Source: an uncultured Veillonellaceae bacterium
GTDB lineage: Bacteria > Bacillota > Negativicutes > UBA1444
Length of the DNA stretch: 42,077 nucleotides
NCBI GenBank assembly: GCA_964602025.1
Contig: CAZRQI010000001.1
Location: 1-42,077 of the forward strand
Direction of reading: 5' to 3'
Shown: piece by piece, positions 35,106 to 42,077 of the stretch
Position numbering within the stretch: the stretch's first letter is position 1
How the letters are laid out: each line of letters starts with the position of its first letter
The notes under the pieces: model-generated
Database searches by the model: none
Told to the model about the DNA's origin: nothing
What the model saw: the letters and a program-made list of their open reading frames with translations, nothing else
Made by a program: the position numbers and the translations under genes

Positions 35106-36362
35106 CTACTCATCCGAAGGAGTGGACTGAAAAATCCGGTCATTGCGGCGTCGACGCCGGATCATTGAATAATCGCCGACTGCGTCCGTCAACCGCAGCC
35201 ATAGCAACTGTTGCGGATGCGGTGCCCGTTCGATCGGCATCCCGTCCGCATCGGTCATATCCGCCAAGGTCTGTCGGAAGATGGTTCCATTGGGACGGAT
35301 AATCTCGATCTCGTCCCCGCGCTGCATATGATTGCGTTGTTCGACCAGGGCCATTCCCCGCCCGGCGTCCCACTGCCTGACCAGCCCCGAGTATTCCCAC
35401 TCCGGCAACACCCGAACCGTTTCATATTCCTGCATGTCGGCATCCGGCGGTCCATTGAAAAAGCCGGTTGTATAACCGCGGCTGGCGATCTTGTCCAGCT
35501 CTTCCCGCCATAGATCCGAAACCGCATACGCCGCAGGATCGGCGGCCATCCGGTCCAACGCCTCCCGGTACACCCGGACCACCGTTGCCAGATAGTGGAC
35601 ACTTTTCATCCGGCCCTCGATCTTGAAACTCTCGACTCCTGCCGCCGCCAGCGCCGGCAAATGTTCCAACAGGCACAAATCCCTCGAATTCAGGATATAC
35701 GTCCCGTGTTCGTCTTCCTCCACCGGAAAATACTGTCCCGGGCGTTTTTCCTCCACCAGGGCGTAGCGCCAGCGACAGGGCTGGGCGCATTCTCCCCGGT
35801 TCGCCTCCCGTCCCGTCATGTAGGCGCTCATCAGGCAACGTCCGGAATACGATACGCACATCGCGCCGTGTACAAAGCACTCCAATTCCGCTGCAACGTT
35901 TTGCCGAATCTCCCGAATCTCCGCCAACGACAGTTCCCGGGCCAGAACGATGCGGCTCGCGCCCTGCTCCTGCCAGAACAGCGTCGATTGCCAATTGGTC
36001 GTGTTGGCTTGGGTGCTGATATGAACCGGCAGTTGGGGAACCACTTTCCGGGCAGTCCGAAATACGCCAGGATCCGCCACTAGAATTGCATCACAGCCGA
36101 TGTCCGCCAAAGTGGTCAGATAGTCGGGCAACAGGGTCATCTCAGCATTATGCGGGAACATGTTCACGGTCACGTATACCTTGCGCGATCGGAAATGGGC
36201 ATACTGGCAGGCTTCCGCCAGCTCCGACGGTGAAAAATTGTCGGCGAACGCCCGGAGCCCAAAATTTTTGCCGCCTAGATAGACGGCATCGGCTCCATAC
36301 GCGAGCGCAATTTTCAGTCGTTCCATGTCGCCGGCAGGCGCCAGCAATTCAGGTAGTTTCAA
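35106..36362 (-). CDS. U32-family peptidase-like protein (YrrO/TrhP-type)
   Basis: 418 aa. ELLAPAGD...AYGADAVYLGG.NFGLRA and the U32 signature E.FVHGAMCVSYSGRCLMS. Same position after mltG as B. subtilis yrrN/yrrO. Confidence 0.85.
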   Translation of the reverse strand: MKLPELLAPAGDMERLKIALAYGADAVYLGGKNFGLRAFADNFSPSELAEACQYAHFRSRKVYVTVNMFPHNAEMTLLPDYLTTLADIGCDAILVADPGVFRTARKVVPQLPVHISTQANTTNWQSTLFWQEQGASRIVLARELSLAEIREIRQNVAAELECFVHGAMCVSYSGRCLMSAYMTGREANRGECAQPCRWRYALVEEKRPGQYFPVEEDEHGTYILNSRDLCLLEHLPALAAAGVESFKIEGRMKSVHYLATVVRVYREALDRMAADPAAYAVSDLWREELDKIASRGYTTGFFNGPPDADMQEYETVRVLPEWEYSGLVRQWDAGRGMALVEQRNHMQRGDEIEIIRPNGTIFRQTLADMTDADGMPIERAPHPQQLLWLRLTDAVGDYSMIRRRRRNDRIFQSTPSDE

Positions 36363-36371
36363 TGATTCTCC

Positions 36372-37442
36372 TCATTTCCCGATTTGTCCGATCGCCGCCT
36401 CGTGCTCGGCCAGGGTCCGACTGAACCGATGGCCGCCGGTCTTGCCGTCGACAACGAAATACAGCCAATCCCCTTCCGTCGGATTCAGCGCAGCCTGAAT
36501 AGATGCCAATCCAGGACTGGCAACCGGTCCGGGCGGCAATCCAGGATGGAGATAGGTATTGTATGGTGATGGCAGTTGTGTATCGGCGATGGTCAATTCT
36601 TCTTTTGGATATCCCAAAATATACTGGATCGTTGCACAGGACTGCAACGGCATCCCCAATTGCAGCCGATTCAGAAATACCCGGGCAACCATCGGCCGTT
36701 CCTTCGCAACTTGGACTTCCCTTTCAATCAGGGATGCCAGCACAACGACCTCATAGGCGGACAGGCCTATGTTAGCGGCTTTTTCGCGCAGGTCCGGCGT
36801 AAACCTTCGTTGGAACTCCCCGGCCATGGTCTGCAGGATTTCTTCTTCCCCGGCGCCTTTGCTGATTCGATAGGTATCGGGAAAGAGAAAGCCCTCCGCC
36901 CGGTACTTTACGTCAGGACGGGAAGGTTCCCGGTCAAACGGGGCATATTCACGAGCCAGGGTCAGGAAACGGTCCCGTCGGGCCAGTCCCTTTTCCTCCA
37001 GCAAAGCGGCAATTTGTTCCACCGTGTATCCTTCCGGCGTTGTGAATTGGGAAAACACGGTTTCGCCTTTGGCCATGACCTCAATCATCCGGCGGACATC
37101 CATATTGCGGGACAGTTCATACTCGCCCGCCTGCAGGGATTTATCGAGGCCGGCCCGTTTCGCGGCAACCAGAAAGGAATTTTTGTCGCGGATTAGCCCG
37201 TGATCCCAAAGAATACCGGCGATATCCCCGGTTGTCATGCCCGGTTTAACCCGTACCGTCACGCTTTTTCCATCACCCGGCGCAACCGATTTCAGTTGAT
37301 TGGAATACCAGCCAAAGGCCAGAATCGCTCCGCCAACCAGCAGCAAGGCTGCCGCAGCCAGCAACAGGCGGGTTGAAGTCCCTTTTCCGGACGATTTGGC
37401 AGAAGCACCCCCACAGAAAAAAAGAAGCCGGTCAGGCTTCAT
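36372..37442 (-). CDS. mltG: endolytic murein transglycosylase MltG (YceG-like)
   Basis: N-terminal TM anchor. YceG motifs LASLIEREV, LQSCATIQY and SPYNTYLHPGLPPGPVASPG. Confidence 0.88.
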   Translation of the reverse strand: MKPDRLLFFCGGASAKSSGKGTSTRLLLAAAALLLVGGAILAFGWYSNQLKSVAPGDGKSVTVRVKPGMTTGDIAGILWDHGLIRDKNSFLVAAKRAGLDKSLQAGEYELSRNMDVRRMIEVMAKGETVFSQFTTPEGYTVEQIAALLEEKGLARRDRFLTLAREYAPFDREPSRPDVKYRAEGFLFPDTYRISKGAGEEEILQTMAGEFQRRFTPDLREKAANIGLSAYEVVVLASLIEREVQVAKERPMVARVFLNRLQLGMPLQSCATIQYILGYPKEELTIADTQLPSPYNTYLHPGLPPGPVASPGLASIQAALNPTEGDWLYFVVDGKTGGHRFSRTLAEHEAAIGQIGK

Positions 37443-37773
37443 AAGGTTCGGAATCCATCAGCTTCTCATAAGCCTCGCAAACTTTGTCATATTCCGGATC
37501 CTCCGGGTCGATGAAAACGAATGTTGATTCCCCGTTGGCCAAAGTTTCCAAACGGGCGATCTCTACCTCGCACTCATCGTCGCAACCGCACGATTCATCG
37601 CCGCAACCGCAACCGGCGTCTTCGTCGTCGAGATCCTCTTCGTCGTCGATATAGACTAAAATTGCATATTTCTTTTCGCCGATATCAATATACCGATGAA
37701 CATAATATTCATTTCCCTCTTCATCCGTAAATATCTCGACTTCTTCCGCCTCGTCATGTTCAAAATCAGCCAT
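37432..37773 (-). CDS. DUF1292-family protein with Cys-rich acidic insertion
   Basis: 113 aa. DEEGNEYYV...GEKKYAILVYIDDEED and a C-terminal ...DPEDPEYDKVCEAYEKL match the YrzB/DUF1292 layout. Insertion is GCGCGDESCGCDDEC. SD GAGGTG. Confidence 0.7.
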   Translation of the reverse strand: MADFEHDEAEEVEIFTDEEGNEYYVHRYIDIGEKKYAILVYIDDEEDLDDEDAGCGCGDESCGCDDECEVEIARLETLANGESTFVFIDPEDPEYDKVCEAYEKLMDSEPYEA

Positions 37774-37821
37774 AATACACCTCGCAATAAATAATGTGAT
37801 TTAATGGTATACTATAACGCT

Positions 37822-38283
37822 TTACCTGTCAATGCCACTGCCGTCATCCCGCGACGCCGCACTGCACCGATTCGACCGGCGGTCCAGATACCCCTGAAGA
37901 ATCAGGACCGCGGCAACTTTGTCCACAACCTGGCGTCGTTTTACCCGGCTGATATCGGCGCCGATCAACATCCGCTGCGCCCCTGCGGTCGTGAGACGTT
38001 CATCCCAGTACTCCACCGGAACATCCGGGTGTTGATCCTGCAACAGCCGGCCGAATTCGCGGACTTTTTCCGCCATGGGGCCAATGCTGCCGTCCATGTT
38101 TCGGGGCAGACCCAGAACGATTATCGAGACCGCCCGATTTCGGATTAATTCCGCAATCTGCTCCAGATCCTTCGCCGCTCCTTTGCTGGCAATAACGCAC
38201 AATCCCTGCGCCGTCATCAGCAACTCGTCGCTGACCGCCACGCCGATTCGTTTTTCCCCCAAATCGAGCGCTAAAATACGCAT
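37822..38283 (-). CDS. ruvX: Holliday junction resolvase-like / pre-16S rRNA nuclease RuvX (YqgF)
   Basis: SD GGAGGTGG plus ATG at 38283. MRILALDLGEKRIGVAVSD and DERLTT motifs. The track ORF start at 38352 is an extension. Confidence 0.88.
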   Translation of the reverse strand: MRILALDLGEKRIGVAVSDELLMTAQGLCVIASKGAAKDLEQIAELIRNRAVSIIVLGLPRNMDGSIGPMAEKVREFGRLLQDQHPDVPVEYWDERLTTAGAQRMLIGADISRVKRRQVVDKVAAVLILQGYLDRRSNRCSAASRDDGSGIDR

Positions 38284-38308
38284 TCTGCCACCTCCACTCC
38301 ATCGCTGC

Positions 38309-38341
38309 AAAAAAATACCGCCGTGAACATTCTCACAGCGG
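38309..38341 (-). terminator. rho-independent terminator between ireB and ruvX
   Basis: Minus strand reads CCGCTGTGA-gaatgt-TCACGGCGG (9 bp including one G-U pair) followed by TATTTTTTTGC. Begins 19 nt after the ireB stop. Confidence 0.65.
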
Positions 38342-38359
38342 CAATAACTCACAAAAAGC

Positions 38360-38683
38360 TTACCGATCCTTCAAATAAAAACGCACCAGCTCTTCCAGCA
38401 GTTCATCCCGCTCCACCCGTCGAATCTGGCTGCGGGCCTCCTTAAAATTTGTAATATAGGTGGGATCGCCGGAGAGCAAATATCCAACCAGTTGATTGAT
38501 CGGATTATACCCCTTCTCCTTCAGGGCCGCATACACGGCGTCCAGAATCTTACCGGCTTCGGTTTTTTCCTTCTCCACCGTAAATTTCATGGTCTCGTCA
38601 AAATTCACGCCGGAAGAATCCACGCCGAGATTTTCGCCGGCCGCCAAAGGAGTATGAATTGTTTCATCGGCGGAAAAACTCAT
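38360..38683 (-). CDS. ireB: IreB-family regulatory phosphoprotein (UPF0297/DUF965) with N-terminal extension
   Basis: Core [52 protein letters not shown] at 38683 has SD GGAAGGAG 9 nt upstream. The track start at 38719 is unlikely. Confidence 0.8.
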   Translation of the reverse strand: MSFSADETIHTPLAAGENLGVDSSGVNFDETMKFTVEKEKTEAGKILDAVYAALKEKGYNPINQLVGYLLSGDPTYITNFKEARSQIRRVERDELLEELVRFYLKDR

Positions 38684-38775
38684 CCTGGCCATCTCCTTCC
38701 TGAATCGAAAGCGATTCATCCCATTAAATTTATTATTCGACTGTGGCGGACAGGTTCCTGCCGCAGAACGACATT

Positions 38776-41385
38776 TTATTTCACCTGTTTTTCCAGAATC
38801 GCCTCGACCAACGACAACGCATCCGACAACTTTTCCGGTTTCTTGCCGCCGGCCTGCGCCATTTCCGGTCGGCCACCACCGCCGCCGCCAGCCGCCGAAG
38901 ACACTTCCTTGACAATATTGCCGGAATGGACGCCGCGCCCAACCGCTTCCTTGCCGGCCATCGCCACAAAGTTCACCTTATCGCCGACAACCGCGCCCAA
39001 TACCACTACGCCGCCAGCAAGGCCATCGCGGACCCGGTCGGCGATGGAGCGTAATTCATCCATATCCGGCGCACTCACCGCAGCCGCAATATAACGGATT
39101 CCTTTGACATCCCGCACTTGCTGCAGTAGTTCCTGCACGATGCCCAGGGAAAGCTGTTTCTGCAGCGCCGCAATTTCTTTTTCCAATTCCCGCACATGAT
39201 TTTGGGAAAGCTCCAACCGACTGACCAATTCTTCCGGACGGGTCTTCAAAAGTTGCGCCGCCTGTTCCAGAATGGCTTCCCGTTGATTGGCATATTCCAG
39301 AGCCGCCAGCCCGGTCACGGCTTCAATCCGTCGCAAGCCGGCGCCGACACTGGATTCGGCGATAATCTTGAACTGGCCGATTTCACCGGTCGACTCCACA
39401 TGGGTGCCGCCGCACAATTCCTTGGAAATATCGCCGACAACGACCACCCGCACTTTTTCACCGTACTTTTCGCCGAACAGGGCCATGGCCCCCATCTGTT
39501 TGGCCATTTCCTGGCTGGTTTCGATCGTGCCGATATGGGTATCCGTCAAAATCGCCCGGTTAACGGTTAATTCCACAGTCGCGATTTCTTCCGGCGTCAT
39601 GGCCGAAAAATGGGAAAAGTCGAACCGCAGACGATCCGGGCCCACATAGGAGCCCGCCTGATTCACGTGCGTTCCTAAAACCTGACGCAACGCCGCCTGG
39701 AGGAGGTGCGTCGCGGAATGGTTCCGGGCGCTGGCCGCGCGTCGCTCTCTGTCCAACTCGATCTTGACAGCGTCTCCCTGTTTCAGGAACCCTTCGGTCA
39801 CCTGACCCAGGTGATATACGGTTCCATCCGGCAGCTTGCGGGTTGTGGCGACTTCCACTTTCCCCAGCGGTCCCGTCAGGAGTCCGACATCGCCGACCTG
39901 ACCGCCGCCCTCGGCATAAAACGGCGTCACATCCAAAATAACCGCAACCTCTTCGCCATCCCGGGTTTCAGTCACGATCCTGCCTTCGCGGAACATGCCG
40001 ACCACAGTCGCAACGCTCGCCGAATAATCGACGCGCAACTTATCGACGCCCAAACCCGACAAATCGGGAATCACAACGGCCGCCGCTTCTTCCTGCCGCG
40101 CCGCCCGGGCTCGTTCCCGCTGTTCGGCCATTGCCTTGTCGAATCCGGCCTTGTCCAGTTTCAGACCTTGCTCGGCCAGAATTTCATCCGTCAATTCCCA
40201 TGGAAAACCGAATGTGTCATATAGTTTGAATATGACCGCGCCGTCGAGCGTATCCCCGCCGTCGGCAATCAAAACTTCAATCTGCTGATTCAACAGCTCG
40301 GTTCCCTGCGCCAGAGTTTCACTGAACCGGGCCTCTTCCAGCTGAATGATCTTTTTGATATATTCCCGTTTTTCGCCGATATCCGGATACGGCATCCGGA
40401 AGATTTCCGCCACGACATCCACGATATCGGCCAAAAAGGCCTTGTCGATTCCCAGGAGGCGTCCGTGCCGGACCGCGCGGCGCAGCAAGCGGCGCAACAC
40501 ATACCCCCGCCCCTCGTTGGACGGCAGAATTCCGTCGGAAATCATCACCGTCACGCTGCGGGCATGGTCGGCAATCACCTTCAGGGATACATCAGTTCGG
40601 GCCTGTTTGCCATATTCGACGCCGGCCACTTTCATGGCATGCTCAATAATCGGGAAGAGTAAGTCCGTCTCGAAATTCGACTTTTTGTTTTGCAGCACCG
40701 AAGCGATCCGTTCCAGGCCGGCGCCGGTATCGATGTTTTTCTTGGCCAGCGGCGTGTAGCTGCCGTCATCGTTGCGGTTAAACTGGGTAAAGACCAGATT
40801 CCAGATTTCCAGATAGCGATCACAATTGCAGCCGACTGCGCAATCCGGTTTGCCGCAGCCGCGGTCCTCGCCCAAATCAACATAAATCTCCGAACAGGGG
40901 CCACAGGGACCGGTACCGATTTCCCAAAAATTATCCTCCATCCGGATAATGCGTTCCGGGGCCAGACCGATATCCTTGTTCCAGATTTCAAAAGCTTCAT
41001 CATCGTCAGTGTAGATGGTAACCCAAAGTTTTTCCGGCGCCAGGGCCAGTTCTTTTGTCACAAACTCCCAGGCCCAGGCGATGGCATCCTTCTTGAAATA
41101 ATCGCCGAACGAAAAATTACCCAGCATTTCAAAGAAAGTGTGATGGCGGGCCGTCCGGCCGACGTTCTCGATATCCCCCGTCCGGATGCAACGCTGGGAG
41201 GTCGCAATCCGCAAATGGGGCGGCTTCATCTTCCCGGTAAAGAATGGTTTGAACGGAGCCATTCCCGCCCCGATCAGCAACAGGCTCGGATCATTGTCGG
41301 GAACCAAGGGATAACTGGGCAGAATCAAATGGTCTTTCCCAGCGAAAAATTGCAGATATTTTTGTCTCAATTCATTTCCGGTCAT
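38776..41385 (-). CDS. alaS: alanine--tRNA ligase
   Basis: 869 aa. [51 protein letters not shown], editing-domain HSATHLL and the C-terminal [15 protein letters not shown] (DHHA1). Confidence 0.97.
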   Translation of the reverse strand: MTGNELRQKYLQFFAGKDHLILPSYPLVPDNDPSLLLIGAGMAPFKPFFTGKMKPPHLRIATSQRCIRTGDIENVGRTARHHTFFEMLGNFSFGDYFKKDAIAWAWEFVTKELALAPEKLWVTIYTDDDEAFEIWNKDIGLAPERIIRMEDNFWEIGTGPCGPCSEIYVDLGEDRGCGKPDCAVGCNCDRYLEIWNLVFTQFNRNDDGSYTPLAKKNIDTGAGLERIASVLQNKKSNFETDLLFPIIEHAMKVAGVEYGKQARTDVSLKVIADHARSVTVMISDGILPSNEGRGYVLRRLLRRAVRHGRLLGIDKAFLADIVDVVAEIFRMPYPDIGEKREYIKKIIQLEEARFSETLAQGTELLNQQIEVLIADGGDTLDGAVIFKLYDTFGFPWELTDEILAEQGLKLDKAGFDKAMAEQRERARAARQEEAAAVVIPDLSGLGVDKLRVDYSASVATVVGMFREGRIVTETRDGEEVAVILDVTPFYAEGGGQVGDVGLLTGPLGKVEVATTRKLPDGTVYHLGQVTEGFLKQGDAVKIELDRERRAASARNHSATHLLQAALRQVLGTHVNQAGSYVGPDRLRFDFSHFSAMTPEEIATVELTVNRAILTDTHIGTIETSQEMAKQMGAMALFGEKYGEKVRVVVVGDISKELCGGTHVESTGEIGQFKIIAESSVGAGLRRIEAVTGLAALEYANQREAILEQAAQLLKTRPEELVSRLELSQNHVRELEKEIAALQKQLSLGIVQELLQQVRDVKGIRYIAAAVSAPDMDELRSIADRVRDGLAGGVVVLGAVVGDKVNFVAMAGKEAVGRGVHSGNIVKEVSSAAGGGGGGRPEMAQAGGKKPEKLSDALSLVEAILEKQVK

Positions 41386-41426
41386 GCTTTAACCTCCAAT
41401 TGGCCTAACGGGCGCATTCTCAAGGA

Positions 41427-41456
41427 ATTATACACAATTTACCGAACTCTTGTCAA
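41427..41456 (-). promoter_or_regulatory. sigma-A/sigma-70-type promoter of alaS
   Basis: Minus strand reads TTGACA (41456..41451), an 18-nt spacer ending in TG, then TATAAT (41432..41427). This lies about 40 nt upstream of the alaS ATG and just downstream of the iscU terminator. Confidence 0.65.
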
Positions 41457-41482
41457 TTTGCTGCGCCAACCGGCAACAACGG

Positions 41483-41506
41483 AAAAGGAGCCGTTTGGCG
41501 GCTCCT
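41483..41506 (-). terminator. rho-independent terminator of the nifS-iscU operon
   Basis: Minus strand reads GGAGCCG-ccaaa-CGGCTCC followed by TTTTCCGTTGTT, about 45 nt after the iscU stop. Confidence 0.6.
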
Positions 41507-41549
41507 GGAAACAGCAGATGGGCCTTTATCAACAGCCAGAAGAAAAAAA

Positions 41550-41924
41550 TCAGCCGTTCGGATGCTTCTCCATGTAATCCTTGATCGCGGCATGCACGGC
41601 ATCGGCCGCCAGATTGGAACAGTGCATTTTGACCGGCGGCAGTCCGTCCAACGCTTCCGCCACCGCTTCATTGGTCACCCGAAGTGCGTCCTCCAGACTT
41701 TTTCCCTTGACCATTTCCGTCACCATGCTGCTCGTGGCGATCGCCGCACCGCAACCGAATGTCTGGAACTTCACATCCTCGATAACGCCGTTCTCCACCT
41801 TGAGAAAAATCTTCATGATATCGCCGCATTTGGCGTTGCCGACTTCCCCCACGCCATCGGCGTTCGACAGTTCCCCGACATTGCGCGGGTTTGAAAAATG
41901 ATCCATTACTTTTTGCGAATACAT
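41550..41924 (-). CDS. iscU: Fe-S cluster assembly scaffold IscU/NifU N-terminal-domain protein
   Basis: MYSQKVMDHFSNPRNVGE. Three conserved Cys contexts: NAKCGD, GCGAAIATSS and HCSNLA. ATG at 41924 is preferred over the track TTG at 41930, which overlaps the nifS stop. Confidence 0.9.
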   Translation of the reverse strand: MYSQKVMDHFSNPRNVGELSNADGVGEVGNAKCGDIMKIFLKVENGVIEDVKFQTFGCGAAIATSSMVTEMVKGKSLEDALRVTNEAVAEALDGLPPVKMHCSNLAADAVHAAIKDYMEKHPNG

Positions 41925-41926
41925 AC

Positions 41927-42077
41927 TCAAGACCCCCTGATTTTACATTCAGATTCCTTGCATGACGTCGAATCGCAACGCTGCTGGATTGTCCCCCGCA
42001 TCGCGTAGAGCGGCGACATGTTGCGCAGGCGCCCGACGATGGCGGGAAACTCCGCCAGGAAATAATCCACGTCTTCT
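41927..42077 (-). CDS. cysteine desulfurase (NifS/IscS-type), C-terminal fragment
   Basis: Minus-strand translation reads ...EDVDYFLAEFPAIVGRLRNMSPLYAMRGT..., ending at TGA 41929..41927. It resembles the C-terminus of NifS-type desulfurases and sits directly upstream of iscU. Truncated by the window edge. Confidence 0.6.
   Translation of the reverse strand, partial: EDVDYFLAEFPAIVGRLRNMSPLYAMRGTIQQRCDSTSCKESECKIRGS

Noticed and set aside
35422-35994. 190-aa alternative-frame minus-strand ORF inside the U32 gene
   Set aside because: It lies entirely within a well-supported CDS in another frame, and its G/R/P-rich translation has no motifs.
38736-38770. Hairpin downstream of alaS as an intrinsic terminator
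   Set aside because: The stem (GCGGCAG/CTGtCCGC) needs a bulge and is not followed by a U-tract (the next bases are CACAGTCGAATAA). This is too weak to call.
1-42077. CRISPR arrays, tRNA/rRNA genes, riboswitch-length leaders, toxin-antitoxin pairs or defence-system gene sets
   Set aside because: No regularly spaced direct repeats were seen, and no cloverleaf-like or rRNA-like segments. Apart from the 466-nt IS-containing spacer (14616..15081), the gaps are at most 186 nt and mostly under 90 nt, and they are accounted for by terminators and promoters. Every sizeable ORF has a housekeeping or EPS assignment. A covariance-model scan (tRNAscan, Rfam) would be the decisive check.

Overview
42-kb bacterial chromosomal window, fairly GC-rich, with Bacillota (Firmicutes)-type gene order. 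All ~46 supported genes lie on the minus strand, separated by very short gaps or start/stop overlaps. From 15.1 to 42.1 kb the window holds housekeeping blocks syntenic with Bacillus subtilis: nifS'-iscU | alaS-ireB-ruvX-DUF1292-mltG-U32 | aroQ-pepP-efp | asp23-amaP-DUF2273-nusB-(TsaD-like)-xseA-xseB-ispA-PAP2-dxs-tlyA-nadK-mnmM-like-argR-recN | buk-P-loop NTPase | nudF-EndoQ-like-xerD-pdp. From 1 to 14.3 kb lies a Wzx/Wzy-type exopolysaccharide/capsule locus that runs off the left edge. It encodes two tandem Wza-like export proteins, a long PCP/Wzz, a BY-kinase-like protein, a CapD/PglF dehydratase, Wzx, GT2, Wzy, GT4, a membrane-anchored beta-helix protein, a TviB/TviC-like pair and a further GT. 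The two parts are separated by an AT-rich ~0.75-kb spacer with two intrinsic terminators and a solo IS3-family orfA remnant. I found no rRNA, tRNA, CRISPR array or riboswitch-length leader. I also see no convincing wholly new multi-gene system such as a defence island. The most unusual items are a BY-kinase homologue with both catalytic Walker residues replaced, the hybrid diderm/monoderm layout of the EPS export module, and an unassigned P-loop NTPase coupled to an orphan butyrate kinase. Also notable are a TsaD/Kae1 paralogue in the nusB-xseA operon, an IreB with a duplicated N-terminal motif, and a Cys-rich DUF1292 protein. All family assignments come from motif recognition by eye, and no database search was run.
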